Assembly: GCA_024137785.1 (NCBI GenBank)
Contig: JAHRHZ010000002.1
Coordinates: 4,741,258 to 4,805,257 of the forward strand
Source: Ginglymostoma cirratum
Lineage: Eukaryota
Direction: 5' to 3'
DNA length: 64,000 bases
Position numbers and translations under genes: made by a program. The notes beneath the pieces were generated by a model, which was given only the letters and a program-made list of their open reading frames with translations, had not been told where the DNA came from and searched no databases. Of this stretch, positions 39,825 to 51,438 are shown one piece after another. Position 1 is the stretch's first letter; each line of letters opens with the position of its first letter.

Positions 39825-40030
39825 TTTATAGACTGGAAGAGAAAATTTTAAAAAACTCAGCAAGTTTATCGAGCCTCCATGTTATTGTTGACATCGAAAC
39901 GTACCAATTTCCGGATTTCAAGCTGCAAAACGAGAGGGTGGCAGATTGGTTGTCACCATAAAAGTGCCCAATGAAAGGGATAAGCAGGTCTGTCACCAGT
40001 TACCAGGAGGATTAACCACAGGGAGATCAT
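39825..40030 (-). promoter_or_regulatory. Gene A proximal promoter: X1/X2-like box, Y box (ATTGG), CCAAT box, TATA box
   Basis: Gene-strand order is CCTGGTAACTGGTG (40007-39994, RFX X1-like), overlapping TGACAGA (X2-like), ATTGG (39972-39968), CCAATC (39949-39944) and TATAAA (39830-39825), about 45 nt upstream of the ATG. This is the same order as in mammalian class I promoters. Confidence 0.6.
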
Positions 40031-41559
40031 GTAAAATATAAATAGTGTAACCTTCCGGTTAGGGAAGGGGTGAAGGATGTTGATCGGGAGAGAAAACTGC
40101 AGATTTCTGTCTGCGGATAAACTTTCTCAATGAAATTCCGGGACCTTAAAATCGGGTGGCCTTTCCTATTGAAGGTATCAGGTTGCCGGTCAGCACCTTA
40201 TTGAAAAACACAAATTACTGGAATAACGTTGAAATAAAGTGTTCCTGCTGAATTCAGATCGCCCCAATTTACTGACTGCGTTTAGCAGGTGTATGCCCAT
40301 CTACAAAAATCCGTGAAGACCAGTATGAATCCAGAAGGTGATTCCGATCTGGTCAGCTCTGGGTTTGTACTGGAGCGAACCTCAAACTGAATTATTCCGT
40401 TGGTCTGAAATCTGGCACCAGGTCGTACAGAAAATCCAGAGCGTTATGTTTCTGTTCTCATTTGTAGTTTATTTAAAGACAGCCCCTGGACCCCCACCCT
40501 CACCCACACCCCCCGACCCCACCCACCCTCGCAGCTCCATCTATCCGCTCACTCCTTCCTGCACCCACCCCCCGTCACCATCATAACTACTACCTTTTAC
40601 TCGCTACGACCAGTTCTGAAGAGGAGTCAGATTGGAATCGAAACGTTAACTGTTTTCTCTCCACAGACCTGCTGAGTTTCTTTACCATTTTCTGTTCTTG
40701 TTTCGCTTTAAATATTTCTGCCCTGAATTTACATGCATAGACTGATGGAGGTTTGTTCGTTATAGAGAAGTTGGATCTCGGGGTCAGAAATCCGCAATGC
40801 CACATGCCTGGTTTGGAGCCCCATGATTAGGGAAAGAGACAATGTCGCATATATCCTGGAGCTCCATTTTGATGGAGGCGGCCACTCTTTTCTCGGAAGG
40901 CAGTGCCTTCATGTCCGGAGAGATTAATAGAATCCCTACAGTATAGAAGCAGGCTGTTCAGCCCATCTAGTCTACACCCACCAAAGAACACCAAAGAATC
41001 GGTCAGAAGCCTTTGGATCTCTGGAGAAGATGGTGCTACAATTGTGTCTGCAATAATAAAAATAACACTTAAAACGTGAAAGTCAATTTACTTTCCCCTG
41101 ACCAAATTGTTGCAACTTTTTTCTTTAACCTGCCAAAAACTGCCAAAGTGAATAAGGTCAAGAGAGAGAGCCCAGAGGAAATAAAGAAGGCACAAAGGGA
41201 CACGTCCAGTAAAAAAGAGTTTCTGCCTGGGTACTAGGGACTGGCAGGGTGTGCCTGGGTTTAACCCACTTCAGAAAGGTTCTGCAAAAGTGCAGCAAGC
41301 TACACAATGTTTAGTGGCTGTGTAAGGAGCAGTGTGCTCCAAATAGGTTTGGAAAAGCCAGATGAAACTTGTAGAAATTAAAAGGGCGGAAGTCACACTG
41401 AGACATGGAGGAAGGATCGATAGAAACTAAAGACTAAAGGGAGTAAGTCTGAAATTGAACTGGCAGTCCCCTTCAGAGGTGAGTTACTTGGGAGTCTGAA
41501 GGATTTCCACACTGATAGGCAGTGGGATGCCTCACCCAGTTAAAAATTCAGAACCAGTC

Positions 41560-41790
41560 AGAGCTTAGAATGATTAAAGTTTGGAAAGAGGCCATTTGGC
41601 CCATCAAGTCAGCATTAACCCTCTGAAGAGCACCTGACCTCGAACCACTCCCTGCAACCCTTATTTCCCACGGGTAATCCACCTAGCCTGAATATCCCTG
41701 GACACAACAGGTCAATTTACCTTGGCCCATCCACCTAGTCTGCACATCTTTGGACTGAGGGAGCCACTGTTTCAATTTGTGTGGCAGGCA
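41560..41790 (-). mobile_element. HE1-like SINE 3' fragment
   Basis: Reverse complement of the core (tgcacatctttggactg). Confidence 0.65.
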
Positions 41791-42300
41791 AGATATTTTC
41801 CTGGCTTGACAGCAGCATCCTGTTTGTGGAGAATTCCATTTGTGTTGTAACTGTGAAGGAATACTGTGAGATTCTGGTTTCACCTGCTCCGAATTCTTGA
41901 AAATTTTTCTCTTTCCAGGGTAGCCTGAGATATATGGGACACCTTTCAGGGTAAAACCTGTTCGCAATAGTCCCTTTCATGAGTTTGTACAAAACACAGC
42001 AAGTGTTGATTTGATCAGGGTATCTATGATTGTGCTGGATAGCTTTGATGTGCCCTCTCTCAGCATCAAGCTCATACAGTGAGCAGATGGCTAGACCTCT
42101 ATTCACAGGTTGCAGACAAGATTGATCTTGTAATGTGTGGAGCTGTAGGAATCCCAACATGTAATCGATAGGAGTAAAGAATCCATTATCAAATTTCTCA
42201 ACAAGCACTTTGAAGAAAGGGACCTTGTTTGATTGATGCATTTAATAGTAAATCCGAGTGCAGGATGGGGTTTGGTAAATTGTTTCATGAAAGCATACAG
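41790..42300 (-). mobile_element. Old Penelope (Poseidon-like) RT C-terminal fragment; paralog at ~14460-14760
   Basis: HPALGFTIK / NKVPFFKVLVEK / WDSYSSTHYKINL / VNRGLAICS / YPDQI / YLRLPWK across frameshifts is the PLE RT thumb and linker pattern. Confidence 0.7.
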
Positions 42301-44887
42301 GAATGCAAATGAATACAGCTCCTGTCTATAACTAGATGTGATGTTTCACTTTCCTGTACGAATCATATGTTTCATCATTCCACATCAGATACCTTCAACA
42401 TGTCCAAAAAATTTCATAACAATCAAAGTCCTTTTTAAAATCATGGGAAAAGTGTTTACTGGCTGAGGAGGGGGGGGAAGGAATGAAAAGTAAGTTGTTG
42501 GTGTTGATGAGATTGCTTCATGATGTATAGTCTGAATTATCATCTGATAGTTTATATATTCAAACAAAATTAAAATCCAGGGTTTGCCATACATAATGAT
42601 GACTAGAAAAAGTATTCTGTTTGGTATCTGTGTCAGGCAACATGATCAAACATTGTACATTTCCAGTCACACTCTTGACCATGTCGGGATTGGGAGGGTC
42701 AATATTAGAGTAATATTTGGTACTGAGCATGGAGAAAGTGTCAGAGTAAAAGCGGTTTTAGTCACTTAGTAATAAAATAGTTATATATATGTTACTCAGT
42801 AAGGTGAAAAATCCATTCTCTAGTAAATTACTCTCGACACAGATTTGTACAGGTATTTAATTGTTGTTAAAAATGACACCGAGGTGGATTAAATAATATA
42901 TTTTATTGACATGCGGGTGATCGTTGATTAAAGTTAATACAATTTCAAAGTAAATCACTGAATAAAGTTCCGTTGACTAATGGAATAGAAACAATTGTTC
43001 CAAGGTCATAAAAAATAAATTCAATTCAAACAAGGTTGGTCAGCAGAAATTCAAGAACTTTTTTTCGTTGAATTAAACTCCCAAATGGTTGCAATAAAAA
43101 TTTAGTGTAATTTTATACAACTTATTTTATTCAATAATTTTAAATTTTAGCAAGAGTAACATTGCCAGGAATCATATTTGTTGAACATAAATAACATTAT
43201 TTGTAATCTTTTTTAAGTATTTGATGAAAACATCTAAATCTGTAAAATTGTAACATACAAATAAAAGATTAATCTGGTGTAAAAGTTAACATTATGCATT
43301 ATGATACGAGAAACCCGTTGCAGTTTCTTTTGGTTTCTAATGTTAGTTGCTGATTTATTTAGATATTGGTATCCAATGACCGTAAGCAGTCAATGTCTCC
43401 AACTTTCAAATAAAACAGAGTTAAAAATAGAAAGCATTGCAAATACATGACTTGCCAGTCAGCATTTGAAAAGAGAACATATAAATGAATCTTTCAGATT
43501 GAAATCCCCCACAGTCAAAAATGAAAAGTTTTCTGCTTTTGATTCTGATTGGCTTGCCTATTTAAATGGTTTTATTCTGGATTTACAATTACCCTTTCTT
43601 TACAGATTCTGAGCAGTTACTTCCCTCTCATACAGAGCTTACAAAGGCAATTGGATAAACAGTTGAAATGGATCATTTGCAGGGACTGGAACAAAATAAA
43701 TAACTCCGCAAAGAGCCAGCACGATTGAATAGGCTGAACAGCTTCCTCTTTTGTTATATCAGTATATAATGATATAGGTTTGAGGAATATATCTTTTCCC
43801 CCTAAACCTCTCAGATGATGTAACTGTCTGATTCTCTCTACGTATTCAATACCTGTTTCGAATTTAAACAGTCCATGATCTTACTGTAATCATTTGCTGA
43901 TCTAGAGTCACTCCTTAATAGAGAGAGAAATTGCTGGATGAAAATAACAAATCAGAAAGTTTAATTATTAACTTGAAAAGCTAATAGGAAATCGAGGATT
44001 GACAGGCAAATATAACAAATCTGTGTCTTTCATATACTTACTGGGGAAATGTTCTTTCTCCACAGATGTTGCCAAACCTGGCGAGTATTTCCAGAATTTT
44101 CTATTTTTATGGCAAAAGGCCAAAGTTTTGATGCTGGTATGAACAGGAATATTCCAGTTTCTGTGTTATTAATTGAAATTTCTCAAGTTCATTTAAGAAA
44201 ATGGTTTCCAGTTGAAGTGTTTATACTTTAAACTCAAATTGCTTGAAACTTCTGTTGTATAGTTCACTGGTTGCAGTTAATTTCTCTGTCCGTTCAGCCC
44301 TCTACTCTGGTGACATACAGCACTATGATGTGAGATGTTCCAGTTTGTACAATTACACAGGATATCACAGCACAAAAAAAATTATGTACAATTCATTGGA
44401 TGGATCTGCAGTCCAGATTTTCTCAGCAATATCCTTTCCCCGATCTTTAATTCTTTCTGTCAATGATTTGGACTGTCAAAACTTCCAATTGGTGTTTAAA
44501 TAACCGTCTGTTAATCTTTTCAGACTGAAATGTAACAGTTCCCAACTTCTGTGGCATCTGTCATCCAGGTTGTCCCTAAACACCCAATAATTCCAGGCAC
44601 AGAATTCTCATTATTTGGAAGCGTTAATTCCTTCAGAGCTTCCATCACCTGACTAATAACTCCCTGCAGAATATCCAGTGCGTGGGAGCACATCAGTAAT
44701 ACTCATCAAAACTGTTTTTGTCCTTTACATACAGCATCAGAGTCACTTCCCCAATTTGATGTGGTACCTCCCATGCTGCACACTTTCCAATCTAGATGTT
44801 ATTCTGATGATCTTTCCTCTCATTGTTTCAAATCCTTGAAACAATATGCTTTCCAATTCAATATTGGTGAATAGCTTCGCTTGAAAA

Positions 44888-45200
44888 AGGGTGGCACGGT
44901 GGCTCAGTGGTTAGCATTGCTGCCTCACAGCGCCAGGGACCTGGGTTTGATTCCACCCTCAGGTGACTATTTGTGTGGAGTTGCACCTTTTCCCTGTGTT
45001 TGTGCGGGTTTCCTCCCACAGTCCAAAGATGTGCAGTTTAGATAGATTGTCCATGCCAAATTGCCAATAGTGTCAGGCTGGGTGGATTAGCCATGAGAAA
45101 TGCAGAGTCACAGGGATAGGGTGGGGTGTGGATCCAGATGGGATGCTCTTCCGAGGGATGGTATGGGCTGAATGATCTGATTCCATAGTGTAGGGGCTCT
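44888..45200 (+). mobile_element. HE1-like tRNA-derived SINE
   Basis: A box TGGCTCAGTGG, B box GGTTTGATTCC and core cctcccacagtccaaagatgtgca. Absent from the paralogous site near 18195. Confidence 0.85.
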
Positions 45201-45555
45201 ATGAAATGCAATCAGACCTTCATTTCCCTTGTGAAGTCAGCTTGCCACCCACATCAATTTCAATTTTTATGTCCTGGCAATTATTTTCAGTTCCTCCAAA
45301 CTCTGGAGGGCACTGACTTGTATTGGGTTATAATAGTGACCTTTCTCAGTTTGGATTACATTGTCTCAATAATCTCTGCATTGATTCTTGTTTCTCATTG
45401 GTGGTTAATAATTCCGAAACATTGCTATCTAGATTTACATTGGAAACATTGCCTGCAGGATTTAATTTGTCTGCTTCTGATGGACTCTCTTCTTCACCTG
45501 TGGTTTTATTTTCTTGCTCCAGGTCATGTGGACCATTTGACTCTCTCTGTAAGGG

Positions 45556-45662
45556 TTATGTTTTGAGCTCGGGCTCAGATATGCCCATCAGCTTCAGTTT
45601 CGCATTATTGTCCGCGACTTCCTGCTGATGGAGCGTGAGCCTGGTGTCCAGAAAGGGTTTAG
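45556..45662 (-). CDS. MHC class I-like gene B, terminal cytoplasmic exon (to TAA; frame stays open to TGA at 45346-45348)
   Basis: Same acceptor as gene A. Translation (A)KPFLDTRLTLHQQEVADNNAKLKLMGISEPELKT* is homologous to 18599-18699. Confidence 0.7.
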
Positions 45663-45759
45663 CTGAAATTAATGAAAATATTAAACCAATCAATTGCATC
45701 ATAATTGAAGGAAGTATAATTGTGGCCATTAACAGTAAATATGGAATTGTAACATTTTA

Positions 45760-45888
45760 AGAGATAGTAAGAACTGCAGATGCTGGAGTCAGAGATAAAG
45801 CAGTGTGGAGCTGGAGGAACACAGCAGGCCAGGCAGCATCAGAGGAGCGGGAAAGTTGATGTTTCGGGTCGGGACCCTTCTTCAGAAA
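45760..45888 (-). mobile_element. Solo Penelope pLTR with hammerhead-like core (45858-45885)
   Basis: Same family. Core is CTGAAGA-agggtcccgaccc-GAAAC-ATC. Confidence 0.78.
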
Positions 45889-46099
45889 GCATCAGTTAGC
45901 ATAAGGTTTTATTGTTATTGGTAACATTTGCTAGCAGTAATGAAGCTTACAGGGAGTAGTAGACTTTATTAATTTCAAATGAATGAAAAGTTAAATAAAT
46001 TAACACTGAAGAAAGATGGCAGGGCAGATGGTGTGACTGCAGATTTTCTCATGTGCGTCAGTGTGATCTGGCACAAACACGTCTCAGTAATTATCTGTG

Positions 46100-47460
46100 C
46101 TTTAGAAGCACTGAACCATGGAAATGATACAGCACAAAAAGGGAGCCATTCAGCCCATTAGCCCATACTGACCCAAAGACACCCTGATGCTCTTTCTAAT
46201 CCCATATTCCTGCGCATGGCCTATCCTGCAGCTTACAGCAATTAAGGAGCAAATCCAGATACGTTTCAAAACAGTTAAGGCTCTCTGCCTCACTCCCAAC
46301 TCAGGCAGCAAATTCAAGATTACCCACCACCCTCTGTGTAAAAAGGTTTTTCCTCACGTTCCCTCTAACCTTTCTGCCACTTAGCTTAGATCTGTGACCC
46401 CCTTGTCTTTGAACTCTCTGCCAAGGGAAACAGGTTCCTTCTGTCCGGTCTATCTCTACCCCTCACAATTTTGTATACCTGAAACATGTCACCCCTCAGC
46501 CTTCTCTATTCCAAGGAGAACCACTCCCCTTCTGTCCTCATAGCTACATTTCTCCAGCCCTGGAAACATTCGAGTAAATCTTCTCTGCACTCTCTCCAGA
46601 TCAATTACTTCCTTCCTCTAATATGGTGACCAGAACTCCAGACAGCATTCCAGATGTGGTCTCACCAGTGTCTGACACAATTTCATCATATATCCCTACT
46701 TTTTATTCTATACCTCTGCCATTCCATACGCCTTCTTTACAACCTTTATCTACTTGCACGCCAATATCTCTCACTTCATCTACCCCCTCAGTATATTCCC
46801 ATTTATTTTGTATTCCCTTTTACCATTTGATCGCCTTCAAAGCATTACCTCACACTTATCAGAGTTGAGCACCATCTGCCATTTTCCTGCCCACTCCACC
46901 AACTCATCTATATTATTTTGGAGCTTACAGCTAATTTCTACACTATCCACCATGGCCAATTTTTGTGTTGTCTTCAAATTTCCCAGCTGTACGCACAACC
47001 CACATTCAAGTCCACATCGTTAATGTATAAATCCAATGGCAGGGATCCCAACACCGAGCCCCATGGAATACCACTTGAAACAGCTTTCCATTTTCAAGGG
47101 CAGCCATTAACCATTACCCTTTGTTTCCTGTTACTAAGCCAACTTTGAATCCAATTTAACACATTACCATGAATCCCAAGGGCTTTTACTTTTTTGACCT
47201 ATCTACGATGTGGGACCTTGTCAAATGCCTTACTAAAATCCAGTGAGACAGCGTCAACTGCAATACTCTTATCGATCCTCCTTGTCACTTCCTCAAAGAA
47301 TTCAATCAAATTTGTCAGGAATGACCTTCCCTTAACAAAGCCATACTGACTATGCCTGACTAGTCCATATCTTTCTAAGTAACAGTTTACGTGATCGCAG
47401 GATTAATTCAAACAAGTTGCCCACAACTGAAAAAAGGCCTATAATTGTTTGGCATTTCAT
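46100..47460 (-). mobile_element. CR1 LINE RT fragment
   Basis: Reverse complement of CR1 RT motifs (DFSKAFDKVPH; GIPWGSVLG) and the 3' end. Confidence 0.8.
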
Positions 47461-49315
47461 TTTTAAACAATGGAGCTACATTTGCATTCCTCCAGTCACA
47501 GAGTCAACTCATCCAAGTCAAGCAAATTTCCCAAAATGTACATATAGTAGATGTAATGCAATAAAACCTCACCAGGCTAATTCCTGGGATGGAAGGATTG
47601 CTTTAGGAAGTAAAGTCAAGCAGATTTGGCCTTTATTCTCTTGAGTTTGGAAGAATGTCAGTTGACCTCTTTAAAAAAAAAGCACATTCTTGCAGGCTTT
47701 GACAGGGTAAATGAGGTTAGAAATTACAGACTGTGGGACTTAGTCTCAGAATAAAAGGTAAATCATTGAAGACTGAGATGAGGAAGACTTCTTTCATTCG
47801 GAGCCCAGTGATTCATTGAAATTCACTGTCCTAGAAGGTTGGGGATGCTCAATAGTTGAGTTTGCTGAGACTGAGATTAATCATTTTTGGCATATTAAAC
47901 AGCATCAAGGGATATGGGGATAAGTGCAGGAAAATGGTGTAGGTAATCAGCCACTGTATAATGCAGTGGGACCTATTGTTCCTTTTTGTTATGATCTTAT
48001 TCATTGTCCAGACTCAATGTCTAGACAACCAATGCTCACTTTACTTTTACTCTTTTCCTCTGTAAATAGCCTTACTGTTTCTTTATTTATAGCCAGAAAA
48101 CTCTATTTTCCCTCCTGTTAGTTATTCTTTGCAGTCCTTTACGATCTACCCAATCTTCTGAGTAACCACCCACATTTACGGAACTGGGCACATTTTGTTT
48201 CAATTTTAGACCACACTTCTTCCTTGAGTTGTCCATAAATAGCACAACCTTCCCTTAAATCCTACTTTCCAGTGAGAAAGAATCCTAGTATTCCGAAATA
48301 TCTCCATGAATGGTTGCCACTGCATCTTCATTGACCTATTCTTGAAACTAATTTCTCTGTCTTTGTGTGCTCATAATTGTCCTTATTTAAGTTTATTTCA
48401 GTCATGGTGTAGATAGTAACATGTTATTAAGCATGAATAGGGGATTGATTACCTACCAGGAAGATAGATTTTGCACGAATGTGTTATTTTTAGGTTGGCA
48501 AGATGTGATGTACGAAGTGCCACAGTGATTAGTGCTGGGCCCTCAATTATTTACAATTTATATCTATGATTTGGTTTAAGAAACTAAATATACAGTTACT
48601 ACCTTTGCTGATGATTAAAGAAAGACAGGAAGCGGTATTTTATTTAAGTGGAGAGAGACTGAAGTACTCTGAAGCGCAGAGAGTTCTTGGGGTTGTGATT
48701 AATGATTCACAGAAACTTAGGATGCAGGTACAGCATGTGATTAGAAAGGTAAGTGAAATGTAGTTTAGTGCAAGGAAAATTAAATACAAAAAGTAGGAAT
48801 GTTGTGCTACAGTCTAGAAGGCATTGGTTTGACAGCATCTGCAGGACCATGCAAGGGTATGATCCCCTCATGTAAGATAAAGCTATAGGTGTACGAGAAG
48901 ACATGCCCAAAAAGGGTTGCAAGGTTATCTTCTGAGGAGCGTTGGACATGTTGGGCCTTTATTCATTATAGCTTAGAAGATGTTCTTATTTGGTCCTGAG
49001 GGGATTTGGAAGTGTGGATGCTGAAAGAATGTTTTCTCTTTAGAGAGATTAGAATCTCTGAACACAGCTTAAAAGTGAGGAGTCTTCCATTTTAATGAAG
49101 CGGAAGACAATTTCTTTTCTCCCAGAGAATCATGAGTCTTTAGAACGCTCTTCCCCAGAAAGCAGTGAACGCAGGGTCATTGAAAACATTTAAGCAAGAG
49201 ATGATCTATTTTTGACCAACAAGGGAGTCAAAAGGTTATTGTGGGTAGGTTTGGAATTGTGAACACAGTCAGATTAGCCATCTGGGCCTAGTGATCTAAC
49301 CCTGTTCTTTAGTAT

Positions 49316-51438
49316 CAGAGATAAAAGGTACTGCAGATGCTGGAGAATCCGAGATAACAAGGTGTGGGGCTGGATGAACACAGCAGGCCAAGCAGCATCA
49401 GAGGAGCAGGAAAGCTTGACGTTTCGGGTCTAGACCCTTCATCAGAACTGGGGAGGGGAAGAGGGTTCTGAAATAAATAGGGAGAGAGGGGGAGGCGGAC
49501 AGAAGATGGATAGAGGAGAGGACGGGTGGAGAGGAGGCAGACAAGTCAAAGAGGCGGGGATGGAGCCAGTAAAGGTGAGTGTAGGTGGGGAGGTAGGGAG
49601 GAGATAGGTCAGTCCAGGGAGAACAGACAGGTCAAGGGGGCGGGATGATGTTAATAGATAGGAGATGGGGGTGGGGCTTGAGGTGGGAGGAGGGGATAGG
49701 TGAGAGGAAGGACAGGTTAGGGAGGCAGAGATGTGCTGGGCTGGTTTTGGGATGCGGTTGGGGGAGGGGAGATTTTGAAGCTTGTGAAATCCACATTGAA
49801 CCATTGGGCTGCAGGGTTCCCAGGCTGAATAGGATTTGCTGTTCCTGCAGCCTTCAGGTGGCAAAGGGGGTGGCCATGGGTACCCGCATGGGCCAAAGCT
49901 ATGCCTGCCTCTTTGCAGGTTACGTGGAACAATCCCTCTTCCGTACCTACACTGGCCCTAAACCCCACCTCTTCCTCCGTTACATTGATGACTGTATTGG
50001 CGCCGCCTCGTGCTCCCACGAGGAGCTCGAACAGTTCATCCACTTCACCAACACCTTCCACCCCAACCTGAAGTTCACCTGGACCATCTCCAACACTTCT
50101 CTCTCCTTCCTGGACCTCTCTGTCTCCATCTCGGGTAACCACCTAGAAACCGATGTCCATTTCAAGCCCACTGACTCCCACAGCTACCTGGAATACACCT
50201 CCTCCCACCCACCTTCCTGCAAAAACGCCATCCCCTATTCCCAATTCCTTTGCCTCCGCCACATCTGCTCCCAGGATGAGACATTCCACTCCCGTACATC
50301 TCAGATGTCCTCATTCTTCAAGGACCGCAATTTCCCCCCAACAGTGGTCGAGAACGCCCTCGACCGTGTCTCCCGCATTTCCCGTAACTCATCCCTCACC
50401 CGTCCCCGCAATAATAACCAAAAAAGAATCCCCCTCATCCTCACGTACCACCCCACCAACCTCCGGATCCAACGCATCATCCTCCGACACTTCCGCCATC
50501 TGCAATCAGACCCCACCACCAAAGACATTTCCCTCCCCACCCTTATCTGCCTTCCGGAGGGACCACTCCCTCCGTGATTCCCTTGTCCGCTCCACACTCC
50601 CCTCCAGCCCCACCACACCCGGCACTTTTCCCTGCAACTGCAGGAAGTGCTACACCTGCCCCCACACCTCCTCCCTCACCCCAATCCCAGGCCCCAAGAA
50701 GACTTTCCACATCAAGCAGATGTTCACCTGCACATCTGCCAATGTGGTATACTGCATCCGCTGTACCCGTTGTGGCTTCCTCTACATCGGGGAAACCAAG
50801 CGCAGGCTTGGGGACCGCTTTGCAGAACACCTGCACTCAGTTCGCAACAAACAACTGCACCTCCCAGTCGCGAACCATTTCAACTCCCCCTCCCATTCCT
50901 CAGATGACATGTCCATCCTGGGCCTCCTGTAATGCCACAGTGATGCCACCCGAAGGCTGCAGGAACAGCAAATCATATTCAGCCTGGGAACCCTGCAGCC
51001 CAATGGTATCAATGTGGATTTCACAAGCTTCAAAATCTCCCCTCCCCCAACCACATCCCAAAACCAGCCCAGCTCATCTCCACCTCCCTAACCTGTTTTT
51101 CCTCTCACCTCAAGCCACACCCCCATCTCCTATCTACTAACATCATCCCGCCCCCTTGCCCTGTCTGTCCTCCCTGGACTGACCTGTCCCCTCCCTACTC
51201 CCCTACCTGCACTCACCTTTACTGGCTCCATCCCCGCCTCTTCGACTTGTCTGCCTCCTCTCCACCTATCCTCTCCTCTATCCATCCTCTATCCGCCTCC
51301 CCCTCTCTCCCTATTTATTTCAGAACCCCCTTCCCCTCCCCCATTTCTGATGAAGGGTCTAGGCCCAAAACGTCAAGCTTTCCTGCTCTTATGCTGCTGC
51401 TTGGCCTGCTGTGTTCATCCAGCTCCACACCTTGTTAT
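49316..51438 (+). mobile_element. Penelope-like element, 5'-truncated RT plus GIY-YIG (49862-51438) with inverted 3' arm (49316-49860)
   Basis: RT motifs KGVAMG...FLRYIDD...LKFTW...FLD, then GIY-YIG. There is a frameshift near 50530 and a stop at ~50930. 16-bp TSD ccctgttctttagtat at 49300-49315 and 51439-51454. The empty site is present in the paralog near 27770-27790. Confidence 0.94.

Noticed and set aside
41735-42241. 168-aa minus-strand ORF as a novel host gene
   Set aside because: It is a frameshifted Penelope RT C-terminal remnant, and the paralogous copy at ~14460-14760 has stops.
44888-44960. tRNA gene
   Set aside because: The A and B boxes belong to the head of an HE1-like SINE and continue into the SINE core.
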